From Octopus vulgaris (lineage: Eukaryota), in the NCBI GenBank assembly GCA_951406725.2, contig OX597816.1:101866001-101930000 (forward strand): DNA of 64,000 nt. The letters are read 5' to 3'. Made by a program: the position numbers and the translations under genes. Shown here in pieces: positions 53,901 to 59,900 of this stretch. The notes beneath the pieces were generated by a model. The model worked only from the letters and a program-made list of their open reading frames with translations. It searched no databases and was not told the DNA's origin. Each line of letters starts with the position of its first letter. Within the stretch, counting starts at the first letter, position 1.

Positions 53901-56900
53901 CTTCCAAGCACTGCTGCAAGCAGTGGAAGTGAGCACAACAGAGTTCAAGGTCAATCTGTGCTAAGCAGCTTCACTTGTTGTCATCATCATCTTTTACATA
54001 GCCAGTTATATAATTGGTGATTTGAAATAAATAAACAGTAATGTTATATATGCAGAGGTTTTTGATTTTAAATAAAAATCATCAATAAATCAAATCAGTG
54101 TAGAATGTAGCTCTTTTTGTGCTACCAGTATTTTTAAAAGTAAGAGTTCAGGATCTAATCTACAACACAAACAACACCTTCTTGACAGATAAGATTATAT
54201 GAGAATGTTTGGCTAGAAGTGCTTACCCAGGCAAAGAAACAAAGCATATAAACTATAAGTGCACTTATGAGATAGAAAAGATGACTGAAACAGACAGAGT
54301 GAAGTAGAATGTACATCAGATGAAAGACAGTTGCAGAAGAATGCATTAGAGTAAGAATGGCTCAATTTGCATCCTGTGTATTGCAGAATCATAGGATAAA
54401 AAAAAAAGTTGAAGGTGAAAAAAGACAGTCACAGTGGGTGGTTTTTAAGAGAAGAAGAGATGGAGATGTTGGTATAGAGGATTTTCAAATAACTAAGGTA
54501 CTTTAAGATGAGGATAAAAGTGAAATCAAGTTATTTGAAATTACCAATGAGGAAATTTCTGGAAAAAAAAATAGTTTAGTCTGGATTGAAATGTGTGATT
54601 GGGGCCTTGTAAAATAACTACTGCAGATTCCAAATTAGACTCAAAGAAAAAAATGTAATCTATGATTTTGCTGAGGAAGATGATACACTTTACTGATTAA
54701 GTATGATTGTAGAATTTGTATACTAAATAAACTAGAAGGGTTGTGCCAGTAAAAATATTTACCAAACATTAACACGTCACCAAAATTTTTTTAAAATCTG
54801 GCTGTGAAATGAAACCTAGGAATATATCCTAAATTCTTGACTGCATAGCACAAGTATCAAATAAGCAGAAGTTAAACTAATAAGGGAGTCTCTACATGGT
54901 TGTTGGATCTGCTATGAATAGCAGCCAAATGACTCATAGATCACAAAAATGGTAGGTTCTGTGGAACAATACAGTCCTGGGGATACAAAAGGGTGAGATT
55001 TTCATGGCTGGAACATCTTTGTTGATCTGTGGTTAAACAACAATATATCAGATTCATGAATTTTTATGAGATTTCATTTGATGTTTGTCATATATATGTG
55101 CATGTGTGTGTGTGTGCTTTTTTGGGGTAGAGTAGGGAGATCTAATAGCTGGCTATACTGAAGTTATTTTTTAGTTTAATTGTAGGTAACCTAATAGTCC
55201 AAAGGTTTATTCTATAGCAAGACTGTTTTTAAACATATAAAATATACTTCAGGATAGTATATTCATGTGTTGTAGGTGACCCAAGAAAGCTATCTACAAG
55301 TTTAACCAAATTATTCAAATTTATTTTTTGCGTGTGTATGCAGGTGTACATTTTTAGTATGGGAAATGTTATCAAGTCAAAAGGAAAATCCTTCAAAAAA
55401 GGTAAGAATCTATTTTATACATGTATAAAGTCCTGTCTACATTTCCCCTTTAACATTATACTTAAATGTTGAATAATGGAAATTTCTGATATCAAAATAC
55501 TTTCATCTGCCAACACAACCATCATATTTACTAGCAATCTAAACCAATGATAATGAAATCACTGGCAGAAATTTCATAATTTGAATGCTTAATCAAATGT
55601 TTTATTAATGAGTGGATAATGTCCTCAAACCAGACCTGATTAGTTCCACCCAATTCATCCTTATCATATCTTGTTCATACACATTATATCAGCCTATGCC
55701 ATCGATGCTCAGACAATGATTTGATTTCTGATGGCTCTAAAGTTAATTTCTCACAAAAAAAAAAAATCAGCAAAAATAAAAGTTTTTAGATAAAAATAAA
55801 TAACAGTGAGTTAATTTGTGGAGTATAAAAATTTGTTTCAGGCTTGACTTTCTTTGGAGAGAAAAAATATATATAAAGCGAAAGTTTGGTGTTATTAAGA
55901 AGTAAAATTAACCAACAATATATAATTTCCTAATATTCCCCAAACAGATGTGGAAAAAATATTAAGTAGTTATTAGCTTAGCAAATAATCCTAGTGCAAA
56001 AAAGGTGACAAATCATTAGTTGTTATTGGATAACAAGAAATATTCAAAATAATGTTAGCATGAGTAGCATGATAACCCGCACACCAAAGCAATGTGTAAT
56101 GATATGTGATTTATTTATTTAAAAAAAAAAAAGTGATAAAGGCTTGAAGCAGCTGCAGCTATTCACTGTCACACAAAGCAATTAACAGACCTGGTAATGA
56201 CTTTCTAACAGAACATCGTCACTTTTAATCTGTTTAGTAGCTTCCAAGACCTGTGACAATTTCTGAGAGAAAGGAAAAATAAAAACTCACAAAAAAAAAG
56301 CAGTATAAAACTATTCAATATTAAGTGTAATTTATAAGAAAAGAAAAAAATGCATTTACAAATTTAAACAAGGTGTAAAATATTGAAATCACAACATTCT
56401 GTGAAATAAAACAATTTATTAGTCATAGCCTTTTATAAATAAATAAATGTGTGCAAATGAAATAGTTAATTTTTCAGACAGCAGCAAAACAAATGAAATA
56501 AAACACCCACATGCTTGCATCAGTTAATGGGGGTGTAATCAGTCACAACAGCCAATTAAAATTGGGAATCCCTCAGTATATTTTCTCTTTTATTCGAACA
56601 CTTGCTAATAAGTTAACCCAATATGTAGATGGAGAGGTTTGAAAAATATTATTAGTGATTTATGTGATATATTTATATATATACACACACACACACACAT
56701 AAGATAGTTGAAGCTTACTTGTAATCACTGGACCTAACAAATTAAATGTGCATCTCTCTTAGACCAGATAAGGACCCACCTTTGGCCATGAATGACCATG
56801 GAATTAATTGCACCTAGAAAATTCCCCTTCAAAGCACAAGTCGGAGCAAGGTTGTTTATGGCAAACTAGCAGTTGCCCATGCATGCCAGCCTCCCCACCT

Positions 56901-59900
56901 CATGCTACCAATGTTGTTCAAGGGCAAAGCAAAGGCCGATAGAGCTTGGCGCCAGTGATGTCGCAACTCATTTCTACAGATGAGTGAACTGAAGCAATGT
57001 GAAATAAAGTGTCTTGTTCAAGAACACAACCACAACCTGGCCCGGAAATCGAACTCACTACCTCATGATTGTGAGCCTAATGCTCTAACCACTGTTATGT
57101 CACATAACAACTGGAAATTCAACTTATACTAATTTTTATAATTCCTTGAAAAAACACCCAACAATTTGAAGTAATCTAAAAAAAATGTCATAAAGATGCT
57201 GGATTTTGCTAAGTGCCAGTTTTAAATTAATTTAAGGTGATATTAAAAATAAGCCTGGTAGTAAAGCTGATGTAGAAATTAGAATAGAGGAACAATACTG
57301 TTTAAAAAATTCTGAGATTACTGTTTCAAGAATCAAATCTTTCATAGGTTGATATAAATTTAATTTCTTTGGAACTGTTAAAACATAAATACCAGTTATA
57401 TCAACTAAAAAGTACAGAATAACTATTATGTAGAAGGCTAAATTAACTAGTTGTTCAGTGATCTAAAGCCTTAAGCCTCAACTCTGACAGAGCATTTTCT
57501 GATATGCCTATAACAGAGACTTAAAGAAAAACAGCTGCTCTCTTTCAGAAGGTTTCACTGCAAAAAGAGCCATTGATTACAAAATACTAAACACCATCTT
57601 TTCAATAAAATCCATGACTGACAAAAATCCTTTTGTAATCTGGAAATAGTATACAAAAGGCAGTAAAGATGAAAAAGAAAAACAAGCAGGGTGTGAAAAT
57701 CAAAGACTGTCAAAAACATGCAAGATAAAGAAAAGTTAAAGAATGTAGAATAAACTTACTTCAAAGTCTCTTTCTCTCCTTCCTAGAGTCTTTTCTAACT
57801 TCTTAATTTTTTCAATGTAGTTATCTTCTAAGCGATGTTTGGATTCAAGTTCACTTCCTAATTGGTCCACCATTCTGCATAAAACATAGAACAAAATGTC
57901 AAAATTTGGTAAGCAGCAGACAATTTATTTAAAACCATAAAATATTATTAGATAGACATAGCTAATCAAGTCAACGGAAGCTCTGCCTTCTGACTAGTAC
58001 TGTATATTACTTCCATAGCAAAATCATTTAACTATCACTAGTCCATACTGAAAATAAATACTACTTCACAATAGTAAGAATAAATACTATATAATTTATG
58101 AGCATATCATGGCTCAAATCCTTTCATTGGCCTGGAGATGATAATAGGAAATTACTTCATTGCATCCTTCTTTGAATTATCATCATCATTTAACATCCAC
58201 TTTTCCATGCTTGTATGGGCCAGATAGAATTTGTTGAGGCAGATGTTCTAGGCCCTTCCTGTTGCCAACCCTCACCTGTTTCCAAGGAAAGTAATACTTC
58301 CAATGACCAAAGACATTTTTCAGAATATTTGAAATGTGTGACACTACTTGTATGACAGTGACACTCATTTGCAACAATCTTATGATGCCAAGACAAGGAG
58401 ACTCAAACACTACACACACACACTGCCATATATACATACACAATGGTCTTCTTTCAGTTTCCATCTACCAAATCCACTCATAAGGTTTTGGTTGGCCCAG
58501 GGTTTTAAAACACTTACTGGACAAACATTTACTTGAATTAGATAATCTTAAACTATTGATTTACAACACTGATTTCAATTACCTGACTAGTAATATTTTA
58601 AAGCCAATTTAAGAAAATTATATCAAAATATACTTCAAAGTTTAGTAAATTGTACTTACTTTTGGAGATCTTGGAGGTCTGAGTCTTTATTCTGAAATAT
58701 AATTACAGAAAAGAGTTATAAATTGAAATTGAAAAAAAAAAAACCTTGATATTTTAATGCTAAACTATTTCTAATGACTATAAGTCAATCAACCAACCAA
58801 TTAAGAGCTAAGTTAATATAACCATTTAAATTATACAACCCATGGTATAATTTTTACAATCCATACAGATAAGCAATTTAAAACTGCAGTATACAAATAT
58901 TTCCACAAAATATATGCTTGGTTCTTATGTGTGAGCGAAAGTAAAATGAAAATATTAGAAATGAGGGTGAGCAAGTGATTGCTAGTCAAAGTAAACTAAA
59001 ACTAAAGATATATTGATCCTAACATTGGCCTAACTATAAGTATTTATCAATGGTAACATTTAGGAAACAAACATTTGAACCAGCATGAAAACTAGCATCT
59101 AGCATAACAAAACTGCAGTTACACTTAAAACTTCATTGATTTGAAAAATACATATAACAAAAATAAGAGAAATAACAAAAGAAACTTACCAAACCTTCAT
59201 GCATGTGTTTTTGATTAACTTCAGCTGTCTCCTTTAGTTTCTCTGCTTGGTTATGAAAATCAGCTTGTAACCGAGTAACAGTTACATCTGCATCTTCAAG
59301 TTTTTGCTTAGCTAGTGCTAGTTCCTGTTAAAAAATAATACATGACATTGGTTAACACAAAAACATCTTCGTACATGTCTTCTAAGCTATGTTTGGTAAG
59401 GGAGTTAATTTGCAGTCACATGTTTGAAACAATGTCTTTGCTGAGCTGAATCCACTTTTATACAGCTGAAATATTGATGACTGCTGTCCTACATTAATTC
59501 ACTGATGGCAGAATGATTTACCTTCTCCGTATCTTGCAGCTGTATCAGTAAATTCTCTTTATCTTTGGTCCATTCTTTTTCTTTACTCTCTATTGCTTTC
59601 TTTAAGTCTTGTTGGTGGGAGTTTGAAAGACTCTCAAGAGCAAGGCTGAAGAGAAAAAAAATATGATTATGCTGGATTTCTTACATAAGCAAAAGGATTT
59701 GCATTTATAGCAGAAGTAAAAATGAAATTATGTGACAATGAAAGAAAGTATTAGCATTGTAAGTGAGAAAATACACAGGCCAGAAGAGTAACTTTTCTTC
59801 TACAGGCTCTGTAAAATAAAGAATTCTAACGTAGGTTTAACCCTTAGGTATTGAGATTTCTCTATCAAATGTAATGCATATTTATTCCCATTGCTTTTAA

